Below, piece after piece: positions 48,860 through 58,983 of a stretch of DNA of 58,983 nt. Location of the stretch: positions 10,214,654 through 10,273,636 of the forward strand of contig BFEA01000001.1 in NCBI GenBank assembly GCA_003427395.1, written 5' to 3'. The notes beneath the pieces are model-generated. The model was not told the origin of the DNA, made no database searches, and saw only the letters and a list, made by a program, of their open reading frames with translations. Within the stretch, counting starts at the first letter, position 1. Every line of letters starts with the position of its first letter. A program made the position numbers and the translations under genes. Source of the DNA: Chara braunii (Eukaryota; Plantae; Charophyceae).

Positions 48860-51800
48860 TTCCGTGGACATTTGCGGAATGCGATATAGAAGTCTGGGGA
48901 ATTCCGTACAATGCTATCATCAACTTGGGAGCCACAGTCCTGGCCATCTCGCTGAGGGTCGTGGAACGAACAAGGAGAAGAAAAGATTTGATCCCGTTAG
49001 CAGAAGGAGATCACCTTGTCTCCGCTGATGAGGAAAAAATCAAGGTGGTGGGAAGGATGACAAATGTTGCGTTCCGATTGGGAAAAGTCCACGCCTTGGG
49101 AGATGTCGTGGTATTGGACGTAAATACGTACGATGTCCTTTTGGGATTGCCGGCCCTTACCACGCTGAGAGTCAATCTAGATTTCGAGAGGCGGTCAAAG
49201 AATACGGGTGGAAAACCATACGTTGTCCCAGTGCGTTTAACTCTCCGGACTACGCTACCTATGACCCGGAAAACTCTCCCCGGGATCGGGAAACCACTGC
49301 ATGTGATCATCTGGAGAGAACCCCTCAAAGAAACGGACTGAAGGGGAAAGGGACCCGAACTGTCGATTAGCTCCTCTGACAGTGAGGACGAAGCGGACCC
49401 AGTAATCCAGGACATGGCGCATCAACTGATTCACTACCCAGTCCGGCAGAAAGCAGCGGAAACATTCATCCTTACAGAAAGAAACCTCCAACGGACGCGG
49501 ACCCTAATCCTAGGGGAACCGCTGGTACAAGTATCCCGAATGACCGATTCTTTGGAACCCCCTTGGACCTTATACGAGGCCACCACCCCGCTTCTCTCAA
49601 GATATAGTGACAAGAAAGCATTCTGCGATATTACGGAATTACCTCGTTACCTGCTCTCTACAGGGAAGGAGGTACGTTTGCTGCGACAGGGCCCTGAGAG
49701 CGAAGCTTTGGAACCCCCTGGGCGCGACAACCCTTACGAACTCAGGATCAAAATCGTCGAGAAACCTGTAAGCTTGCAGGACATCGACGACAACGTAACA
49801 CCGGAAGAACACGTGGCAATCCGGCGTAACACCGGAAGAACACATGGCAATCCCAAATGGTTGCAACGGTGTTCTCTTGGCAATCGGACAAGTCATTTAT
49901 TTCAGCTCCCCCGCCAAGGAACGGTAGTAAAGTGGGCACAAAACAAGTGACGGTTAACATACACAAACAACTTTATGAACTACATGTGCCCCAGTACGTG
50001 CCCGATGAAACTCACCGACTGATTGTGGACATCCTGACCGAATATCAAAGGGCGATTAGCGTTAAGGACACAGATATCGGGCTGTCGTTAGTTATTTGTC
50101 ATGAAATCCAAACCAGAACGCACCCGCCAATCCACTACAAACCATACCGATACTCCCTCGCGGAACGGAGAACAGCGTTGGAACGAATCAGAGAATTCGA
50201 GCTAACGGTTGGATTGAGCCAGCTACCGGACCATGGTTATTCCCCGTAGTTCTAGTTCCGAAGAAAAACGGGTTGATTCACATATGCATCGATTATAGGA
50301 AATTGAATGACATCACGATCAAAGATGTGTACCCCCTTCCCCGGATTGATGACCTGTTGGATGCGATTGGATGTGCTAATTATTTCAGTAAATTTGATAT
50401 TCGCCACGGGTTTTATCATATCCTTGTTAAGGAGGAGGATCGACCGAAAACGACATTCGTATTGTTCGAGGGCACTTGGCAGTGGATTCATTGCCCTATG
50501 GGAATATGCAATGCACCAGCTACTTTCCAGAGAGCAATGACCAGGCTGACCCAGGGAATGATCAATTTTTGCCGCATTGTGTACATGGACGATATCCTGG
50601 TGTATTGTGAATCATTTCATGGACACGCTCAACACATCGAATGGACACTTGGGGCATTACGGGATGCTGGATTCAAGATCGCATTGGAGAAAAGCGAGTT
50701 CTTCCTCTCAGAGATCTCGTTCCTAGGGTATGTGGTGACCCGAGGGGGTTTGAGACCAGATTCCAGAAAGGTCGAGGCGGTTGGAAACGCCCCTGCACCT
50801 ACGTCACTAACGCAGGTTCGAGCCTTTCTGGGGCTGGCCTCGTATTACTGACGATTTATCAAAGGGTTTGCGGCAATCGCTCGACCTCTGACAAACCTCC
50901 TACGAAAGGACCAGCCGCTGAAGTGGGACTCGGAGTGCGAACAGGACTTTGTCACCTTGAAGGAGGCCCTGGCCTCCACGCCTATTTTGATTCGGCCCGA
51001 TCATGAGAAGCAATTTATACTCATCACGGACTGGCAGCCCGAGGCGATCTCCGCTATTTTGGCCAAGAAGGGGAAGGACGGCCGCGAACATGTCATCGAG
51101 TACGCCTCACGAACTGTACCCAACGAGTGAAGGAACGATTCGACCCCTCAGGGAAAATGCTACACGGTCGTTTGGGGAATTCAACACTTCCATCCGTATT
51201 TGTACAGACAAAAGTTTCTCCTCGTCACGGATCATGAGCCCCTGTTGGCTCTCAAGAGGCTTACTAACTATACGACATGATTGGACGATGGGCTGTCCGG
51301 CTACAGGAATATGACTTCGACATCATCCATTGGAAGACAGAGAAGCACGGGAACGCCGACGGATTGACATGACTGCATCGGTCAAGCAAGGTGGCCAAAG
51401 GTGAAGAGATCACTCCGTGGAAGGAGCCGGAGCCAACCAAGGGACCATCGTACGGAGAGGTGGCCAATGGCCATTCTCCCCCGAACCTCCAGGAAGTGAC
51501 ACGAGGACACGATGGCGATGGGTGGATAAGGTAATTCTAGAGGCCCCCTTTCTTCCCTCTCATCTTGTTCTTTTCTCTCCTTGTATGACAAATTTTGTTA
51601 TTTTTGCGAAGCAATATCGCGAGTCTATTCGGTTCCTATGCATCCTAGTGGGGAAGGGTATGTCGAGTGGGTAGACTGTGCCCACGACTCCTGTGTTCAA
51701 TACAGGAACGCAGATAAAGCCTGGTTATGTCCTTTGTGTCGAACCGACAAAATCGCGATGGAGGCTTGATTCCTCGAAGCCACGTCCGAAGGGTTGGAAA

Positions 51801-53090
51801 AGACACGCAGGTTTCGACGTGCCGAGGTATGGACAAACGTCGTTCTGATAGCTACGGTGGTCGGGAACTCCCTCCGAGAATTCACTAGGGAAGATTGGAG
51901 GTGGGCCAACGAGAGGGTATGGGATTACAGATGGAACGATGGACGGTTAGAGAAACGAAAGACTAACGGTAGTGGGATTTGGATGTCGGTGCCTCATCTG
52001 TTCATGAGGTACGACTGGGTTAAGTCAGCACACGAGGAAACCGCCTCCCACTTTGCTGTCAGGATCACAGAGTCAGCAATTTACAAAAACGAATGGTATT
52101 GGTCCAATATCAGAGACGATGTTAAATTCATCGTTAAAAATTGTCCGGTCTGCGCGGCAGACAAGGCGCCGGTTCAGCCGCCTAGGTCGATAGTGCCCAC
52201 TATAGTCGAACAGTCATTCCAAAGGGTTAGCATGGATACGACGGATATTGTCGTGCCCCCTGGACCGAATAGCTGCGAATATTCAGTTCTTTTGGTATTC
52301 GTGGATCATTTCTCGAAATGGATCGAGGCCTAGCCATGCAAAACGCGACAGACGACGGAGATTGTGCGGTATGTCAACCGCTTCCTTGGAATGCATCAAG
52401 ACACCGGGGAAATCCTAACGGACAACGGGGCAGAATTCCGAGGAGAAGTCTTGAGGAACCTAGTTGTACATGGCATCTCCATTCACAATATGACTCTCCA
52501 TATGTCGCAATCGAACGAACTGGTAGAGAATGCGAACCGGGTGATTATGACAGCTTTGCGGCGAAACATCACGGCTAGGGACACGAGGCCTTGGCCCGAT
52601 ATCGTAGACCACATCCTAGCTATCCACCAAGGGACACCCCATGATTCCACCGGCCTGACCCCTTTTCAGTTACGGACCAATAGTGTGGCTTGCGTAGCTC
52701 TGCCGAGCCTGAACGACGAGACGACCCTTGCGCGACGAGCCACGAGGGCGACGGTCAAGGACAAGGCTCAACAACATTTAGAATTGATGGGAAAGACCCT
52801 CCCCCGATTAGCCCGAAAAAGACAGCGGATGACCGAAATGGCCCACGGACGACAGGCCCGGAACTATGAGGCCCGGAATGGGAACGCTGGACCTCGAGCC
52901 CAGTATAAATTAGGGGACAGTGTGCAAATGTGCTCGCCAGGGCAAGTTAGCGCCGCGATTCTTCGGGCGATTCTGTGTAGTCGAGCTCGGTCCTAGCGGA
53001 GTGAACACGGTGCGGCTTGCGCCGGAGGTCTCAGGAAGCCGATCGGCTCGACCGATCATTCGACACGTGTCCTATCTTCGTCCCTTACCT
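48860..53090 (+). pseudogene. pol: Gypsy pol: protease, RT, RNase H, PHD-like insert, integrase
   Basis: AIINLGAT..YDVLLG (PR); CIDYRKLN, YPLPRIDDLL, YMDDIL, RAFLGLASYY (RT); ILITDW, YASR, VTDHEPL, NADGL (RH); AHEE..H..CPVC, VDHFSKW, LTDNGAEF, VENANR (INT). Confidence 0.93.
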
Positions 53091-53696
53091 CCCTCTCCTT
53101 CTCTCCCATCGTCTACATCGTCCCTCAATTCTAAGTAGGAAGGCGACGATCTCAAACTCGAATACACTGATTCTCCTTCTTCTCAACCTTCGTCTCCATC
53201 TTCTCCCCCATCTCCATGAGCTTTTCTACAGAGCAGGACATTAGCGAGTGTCTAATGAGACCTGGGGGGCATATCTCGTCAATCCGGCAGGTACAGCAGG
53301 CACGGTTGAGTCCCGATCTGCTCTGATTCGTGACATTCTTCAGCACAGCGGCCATCCACGCGGCGACATAATTTCGGTTTACATAGATCAGCGATCAAAC
53401 GCGAGTGTTGGCCGAGGTGTCGGCTTTTTTGTGGCTGTCTCCACCAGGTGTTAGCCACGTGTCAGTAATCGTCGCCTTCACCGGCGGTCTTACGACGTTG
53501 CATCCATCGTCCCACACAGCCGTCATCCGACAGTTGTGACTCTGGGGCGGGACCTCACGGCCACGTGGATTCAGCTGTTAGCGCAACCTGGCGATCAGAT
53601 CGACTCCACTAACGACGTCGATCTCAGCCAACTTCGACTTTCTCCCGCTGCGCCGGAGGTCTTCATCCCGGAGCTCCTTCCCTTTGCATCGCCCCA

Positions 53697-54920
53697 ATGA
53701 ACCGGCATCGCCTCTCGACTTTCGGGCTTCCCTCCAACCTCCCCACCTTCTGGCAGTCCGCTACTGACGCCCCTCTATCCTATCAGGTCAGGTGGCTGGA
53801 CATGCCGATCCTTGACATTGGCAAGTGGACGGAGTGGTGGAACGCATACGTCACGCTCAGTTTCTGTCTCCTCGAAGTGGTGTTCCATTGGGCCGAGCCG
53901 GCCAACGAGGATGAAGAAGACGAAGTCCCCGACGACGAGGTGGAGCTGTTGATAGTCCACGCGTGGAGAAGGGATACGGAGGGGGAGTTGTTGGGGATCC
54001 TGTTCGGAAAGGTGAGGGACGACCATCTGGAGCCAATCACGAGTGAAGTCCGAGTGTTCCTGGCACAACTCTTGAACGATCTGCCTCTAGACACCCTTTC
54101 GTGTTGTGACGAGCGGCCCACGCCGGCCACGCTCACCCATACGTTGGTACCGCATCTGTCGTGGTCCACGTGTACGGAGCTCGACAGGGACAACTGCTAC
54201 TACCCCTCCTCGGGCCACTATCCGGTCATCGATGTGACCGATCTCACCTTGTGGGATCCGATCATTCGAAGGGTGGAGGTAGAAGAAGAAGAAGACAAAG
54301 AAGAGGTGGAGGAAGAGAGAGAAGAGGCGAGCGAAGAAGAAGAAGAGAAGAAAACTCGGGGGTGGAATCTGACGACCCCGATTACAACGGGTCAGAGGAG
54401 AGTGAGTTGGGAGGGAGTGAGTCAAATGAATCAGGCAGCCCCAACGAACAGAGCAAGGAAGAGGACGAAGCCGCAGCGCAGAAGAGGTGAGAGAGGGCAA
54501 AAGGAAAGCGACCAGTGGAAGCATCGGACGGACCCGCAACACGGCTGTCACAAGGCGATCTGGCGCGCAATCCAGAGCCGCCGCAGGAGGAACTTGGAGG
54601 ATATGGCGTCACCACCACGTAGGGATCACGAAGCAAACGCCGTAGAAGAAGTTCTTCGCCGACTCAATCCTCTCCACCACGGCCCACTGTTCGCATACGT
54701 GGAAATGCGGGCGCTCGGGCTTCGTCCCCGGTCGTTATCCCGCCGTCCCCTTGATTACCTTACCCTTCATCAGCTCGCGGGCCGCCCCCCGTTTCCTTCT
54801 AACTGGCATCCTTTCCCACCTTCCCTCTTCCACCAACTCTACTCCACCCGCATCATCGCCACTGTCTTCCCACACGCCACCTTTCCCACACTCCTTTCCC
54901 CTCCACATCCTTCTCTTTAG
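53697..54920 (+). pseudogene. Additional ORF downstream of integrase (acidic, unknown function; frameshifted near 54350, probably extends upstream)
   Basis: 407-codon frame WTEWWNAYV...ELLIVHAWRRDTEGELLGILFG; the acidic tail continues in the 54161..54490 frame. Confidence 0.55.
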
Positions 54921-54996
54921 AGCGGCATGGGAGGAATATAGGTCTATTGTATAATCACGGGTACCATCCCCGCGTGCGAACATTATGAGGACTTAC

Positions 54997-55084
54997 GCTG
55001 TGTAACCGCTCGTTCATTGAACGCGGGTTTTCCGCTCAATTTTTTAACGGAACGAACACGCGTTCAATGAACGCGACCGAACGC

Positions 55085-55119
<35 letters not shown>

Positions 55120-55772
55120 NNNNNNNNNNNNNNNNNNNNNNNNNNNNNNNNNNNNNNNNNNNNNNNNNNNNNNNNNNNNNNNNNNNNNNNNNNNNNNNNN
55201 NNNNNNNNNNNNNNNNNNNNNNNNNNNNNNNNNNNNNNNNNNNNNNNNNNNNNNNNNNNNNNNNNNNNNNNNNNNNNNNNNNNNNNNNNNNNNNNNNNNN
55301 NNNNNNNNNNNNNNNNNNNNNNNNNNNNNNNNNNNNNNNNNNNNNNNNNNNNNNNNNNNNNNNNNNNNNNNNNNNNNNNNNNNNNNNNNNNNNNNNNNNN
55401 NNNNNNNNNNNNNNNNNNNNNNNNNNNNNNNNNNNNNNNNNNNNNNNNNNNNNNNNNNNNNNNNNNNNNNNNNNNNNNNNNNNNNNNNNNNNNNNNNNNN
55501 NNNNNNNNNNNNNNNNNNNNNNNNNNNNNNNNNNNNNNNNNNNNNNNNNNNNNNNNNNNNNNNNNNNNNNNNNNNNNNNNNNNNNNNNNNNNNNNNNNNG
55601 AGAGTGAGAGAGAGATCCATAGCGAAAGAGAGAGAAAGAGAGGGAGGCTCTTTAAAAAAGAAAAAAAAAAGAAAATTGAACGGCGTTCAATTTTGAACGC
55701 GAATTTAAATCCGCGTTCAAACGCAAATTTGAACGCGAACGCGCGTTCACGACGTTCAAACGGTTACATAGG
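54997..55772. mobile_element. MITE nested in the Gypsy 3' internal region
   Basis: Inverted ends tgtgtaaccg / cggttacata; (GG)ACTTAC duplicated at 54989-54996 and 55771-55778; subterminal TTGAACGCG/CGCGTTCAA repeats. Confidence 0.75.
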
Positions 55773-56156
55773 ACTTACATGCCGTGATTCACTCTCTGCA
55801 CCCTTTACCCAGACTACCTCGCCTCGCTCCCCCATCAAGACCATCGCTTCCCCCGCATCCATCACACCGTCCACTACACTCGGCTCCCCACTGGAGATCG
55901 AGAACTTTGTCGCTTTTTGCCACCTCTCCCACAAGTTCACCCCCGTCCTCCTCCACCCGTCATCAGATTACCCTTCCCCGACAATCTCTAGGATTGGAGT
56001 TCGCGAATGCCACCTGGATGACTTCCACACTCTTATCTCATGGTAAGTGGCACGTGTCAGATCCACGCCGACCGCCAACATTTCTTGCGGGATCGACGGA
56101 TGATGAGAGAGCAAGCAGGAGCTTGCTCAAGACTGAAACCCCCTGGGCGTCACATA

Positions 56157-57107
56157 TGTGACAAACTGTTTTCCGCGACCACACGACTTTCTGCACAAGC
56201 CTACTTCGGGGGTTGAATGGCACGTTGGATTGCATGAGTAACCTTGCTTTTCCTGTTTTTGAAATTAAGGTGGGCATGGTCCCACGATGGTTGGTAGTTA
56301 ATCGCGCCTCTGCGAGCGTGAAGGATAACTGTTGCCATAGCTTCTTTCTTGTTCTGCTGTGGGAAATGGGAATTTTGGCGCGATCGTCGCTCGGGAAAAT
56401 CTTTTTGAATTTTCAACTGATGTCGAGCCCCCGCGGGCTCTCGGAATTTTCTTCTCGTGGAATTTCTTTTTGTAATTAGGATTTAGGCTAGGAATTTGGG
56501 TACATCACAATTTTGCTGCACGGCGCTTCTTGCTTGCGCCCACTTCGCTGCGTCTGGATCTGTGCTCTGACTTTTTCGCACCTGAATCTTACGTGTAACT
56601 GTAATTTCTAGCTTGGCGAGTGTGATTGTAACTGTAATCCTCTCCTTCTTGCCATCTTTTTGTGGCGCTCCTGCGCGCGCATATTCTTCCCAATCCTATT
56701 GGCCTAAGCGATGCATGACAGGATTGATGCGTGGGGTGTGGCTACGTCCCCCACGCCTCAGCCTGACCATGCAGTCGTAGGCACTTCCTTCCTCCTCCTT
56801 CCTTCCCACCCCGACACAACCCCGGGTATCTCGCGCAAGCATACATGCTATAAATTTCGCTAGCGCGATTAACTCGCTCTCTATGAATTTTGGAGTTAGC
56901 GCGGTTGAGAGGATCGGCTAGCGAGCAAGAGTTGGAAGATGAGTAGAGAGTTGGGCGATCCGACGAGCTGGTGCTGGGCATGCGGGGTTGACGTGGGGCC
57001 GCGACGGATTGTGGCACAAGGGCGAACCAGGCCTGCATGCTCGGACTAAGTGGGGTGGCAACTTTGTGTGGGTGGGAGGCGACGGACTGCCCTCATCGGG
57101 GTGCTGT

Positions 57108-57183
<76 letters not shown>

Positions 57184-58474
57184 GGGATGTGTTATGATGG
57201 TGTTCCTCTTCTATTCTTTTGAGCAATTTTGGTATATGGCGCAAGTCGCACTTGTCTTTTTTGGATCGGCATCTCAGATCTTTCCTTTGTTTCTTCTCAG
57301 AGACTGATGTGTGATTGTCTCCCCCGCTTCCCACCTGTGATCGAATTTTGTGTGAACCCCGGGCCAATGGCCAAAGAATTGATGCATGAAGATTATCGGC
57401 TTCTTTTTTTGTTTATGAGTGTGTGTGTTTGAAGTTGGATGCATAGATGTTTGGTGTGTTTCCGTCTGAGTATGAATTAGATGAGCATGCTTGATGATTA
57501 GATATCTGTCTCCCTATAGGATTACCTGCCTTATGATCTGTTGGCCTTCATCCACCCAACTGAAGGACAGGTCTTGTGCACGCACGTGTAAGCCCGACCG
57601 AGGAAGGCCGCTACTTACACGCGTGTCTGCAAAACCTGTATTTGGCCCAACTTCCCGAATGTCTGAATTCCCGCTCCACCTTGCAATATGAATATTGAAG
57701 TCCCTTTTCGTATCACTGACCGCGAGTGCCTAAGGGATCGGGAATTACAGGAATATTGGGAACACTCTTGTTTGTCTGCACGATCAAGGGCGGAACCTCC
57801 GGAATTCCCCTACTTAACCGGGAACGAGCGCATTTGCGAGTGGGATATTGATCAGGCCTGGGGACATATCCCCCGTCTCCCTAGCTGTCCTAGCTTACAC
57901 ACGTGTCACGTCGTCGCGGAACCTGGAATCATTATCCTGGGAACCGAATTCCCTCTCTATCACCACATCCTGCCCTTTCACTCCATAACCATCATCCCCT
58001 GGCCCGCAATCGCTCCCTACTGGCCCCAACCCCCGTGCTCGGAGTGCCCGCAGGACCACGATTACCGAGCCTCCGACTTCATCCGGCGAACTCGCTCGGA
58101 GGAAGAACAACGGGCGCACAACCTTCGACTGAGGCCATCCGTGTCGGATTCTGAGACTTGCGACGTTCGACGTCGGCAAGTGACCAGCCAGCGAGATAGC
58201 CATAGCATACCGGCGGTGCACCAGATACGAGTCCGACCCAGACGACGGAACCAACGGAGGCGGTAGCTCTGCTTTCCGAAGCATAAAACAGGACTCCGAT
58301 CCGCGCCTACCCTCTTGCATTCGTATCCCTGAAACTTCCCACTGGAGATCTTAGTTCTGACCTGGGACTCCACCCCCACTTTCCTAAAATCCTTGGCACA
58401 CCCCCTTTTCGCACTTCCAGGCCCACTCCCACTCCGATCAGGAAGTCGCGCCGGGCGTGAGGTTGGGCGTCACA
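56157..58474 (+). repeat. 3' LTR (~2.3 kb)
   Basis: TGTGACAAACTG...GGGCGTCACA; collinear with the 5' LTR. Confidence 0.93.
57688..58266 (+). CDS. LTR-internal ORF, 3' copy (192 aa, Arg-rich C-terminus), unknown function
   Basis: Uninterrupted ORF; its first 140 codons are also open in the 5' LTR. Confidence 0.35.
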   Translation: MNIEVPFRITDRECLRDRELQEYWEHSCLSARSRAEPPEFPYLTGNERICEWDIDQAWGHIPRLPSCPSLHTCHVVAEPGIIILGTEFPLYHHILPFHSITIIPWPAIAPYWPQPPCSECPQDHDYRASDFIRRTRSEEEQRAHNLRLRPSVSDSETCDVRRRQVTSQRDSHSIPAVHQIRVRPRRRNQRRR

Positions 58475-58880
58475 CCACCAAATCCTATCCCACCACCGCC
58501 ATAACAGCATGGCTGAGGGGTACTGCAAAAGAACGTGCTCCGCTATCTCAGAGCGCCTTGTGCTGGGAAGCCCTGCAGACACCACCGACACCACGGCAAC
58601 ATGCACCCCTGTTGTTCGAGATGAGTGTGATCAATTGACCAATTGTTGGCTGGCAGGCACCAGTGGGCTATCTCCCACTGGAGGGAGGAAAACTTGGCTA
58701 CCCTCATTTTATATTCCCTGAAGGGGCTGAACCACTTTATCGGCCTGAACAGGCCGACGTCCACGTTAAACCACCAGTACTTGGACCAGCTATGAAGTCC
58801 GAGCCTCGGCTGACCGGTAGGCCGACCCACGCCAAGGCAGAAGCTACCAGGCGTCCACCTCCCCAACCAACTTCAAGAAG
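58475..58880 (-). mobile_element. LINE-D, upstream part (zf-RVT region), 5'-truncated
   Basis: SSLQWEIAHWCLPANNW..LEQQGCMLPWCRWC; WRWWDRIWW joins HVVPGSLWPWDW across the Gypsy insertion. Confidence 0.85.
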
Positions 58881-58983
58881 AAAAGTTAAAAAAAAGGAGA
58901 AAAAAAGAACGAAAAAAAAAAAACGGTTCCAAAAAAAAAAAGGCAAAAAAGAAAGACAATTTCGACCAATGAAAAAAGGAAAA

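Larger units (their letters stand above)
44775..58474 (+). mobile_element. Ty3/Gypsy LTR retrotransposon, 13.7 kb, decayed
   Basis: Termini TGTGACG...CGTCACA; TSD CCAC (44771-44774 and 58475-58478); gag-PR-RT-RH-INT order. Confidence 0.95.

Noticed and set aside
1159-55696. Long ORFs in the supplied track that span N-runs or (GA)n/(CA)n tracts
   Set aside because: Artefacts of gaps and microsatellites.
56095-56152. ATGATGAG-hairpin-GAAAC..GTC hammerhead-like arrangement
   Set aside because: C3 is absent and no stem I can form.

Overview
Repeat-saturated eukaryotic DNA with N-gaps next to microsatellites. No host protein-coding gene is recognisable. The repeat landscape and protein style suggest a charophyte alga such as Chara (inference). 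Main content: (i) two near-full-length decayed L1/Tx1-clade LINEs (about 3.7-12.9 kb and 14.7-23.0 kb) plus shorter LINE 3' fragments; (ii) a Mutator-type MITE; (iii) an ~8.3 kb PIF/Harbinger transposon carrying a third ORF; (iv) a U6 snRNA fragment split at its catalytic AGC region by a ~2 kb CCHC/coiled-coil element with a 9-bp target duplication; (v) two direct repeats that each hold a decayed type III hammerhead ribozyme, with cleavage sites 497 nt apart; (vi) a 13.7 kb Ty3/Gypsy element inserted into a LINE. The Gypsy element has ~2.3-2.4 kb LTRs, a 4-bp TSD, a PHD-like finger between RNase H and integrase, extra ORFs, and a palindromic end-to-end junction where the PPT should be. All alignments were done by eye; boundaries marked approximate are uncertain.
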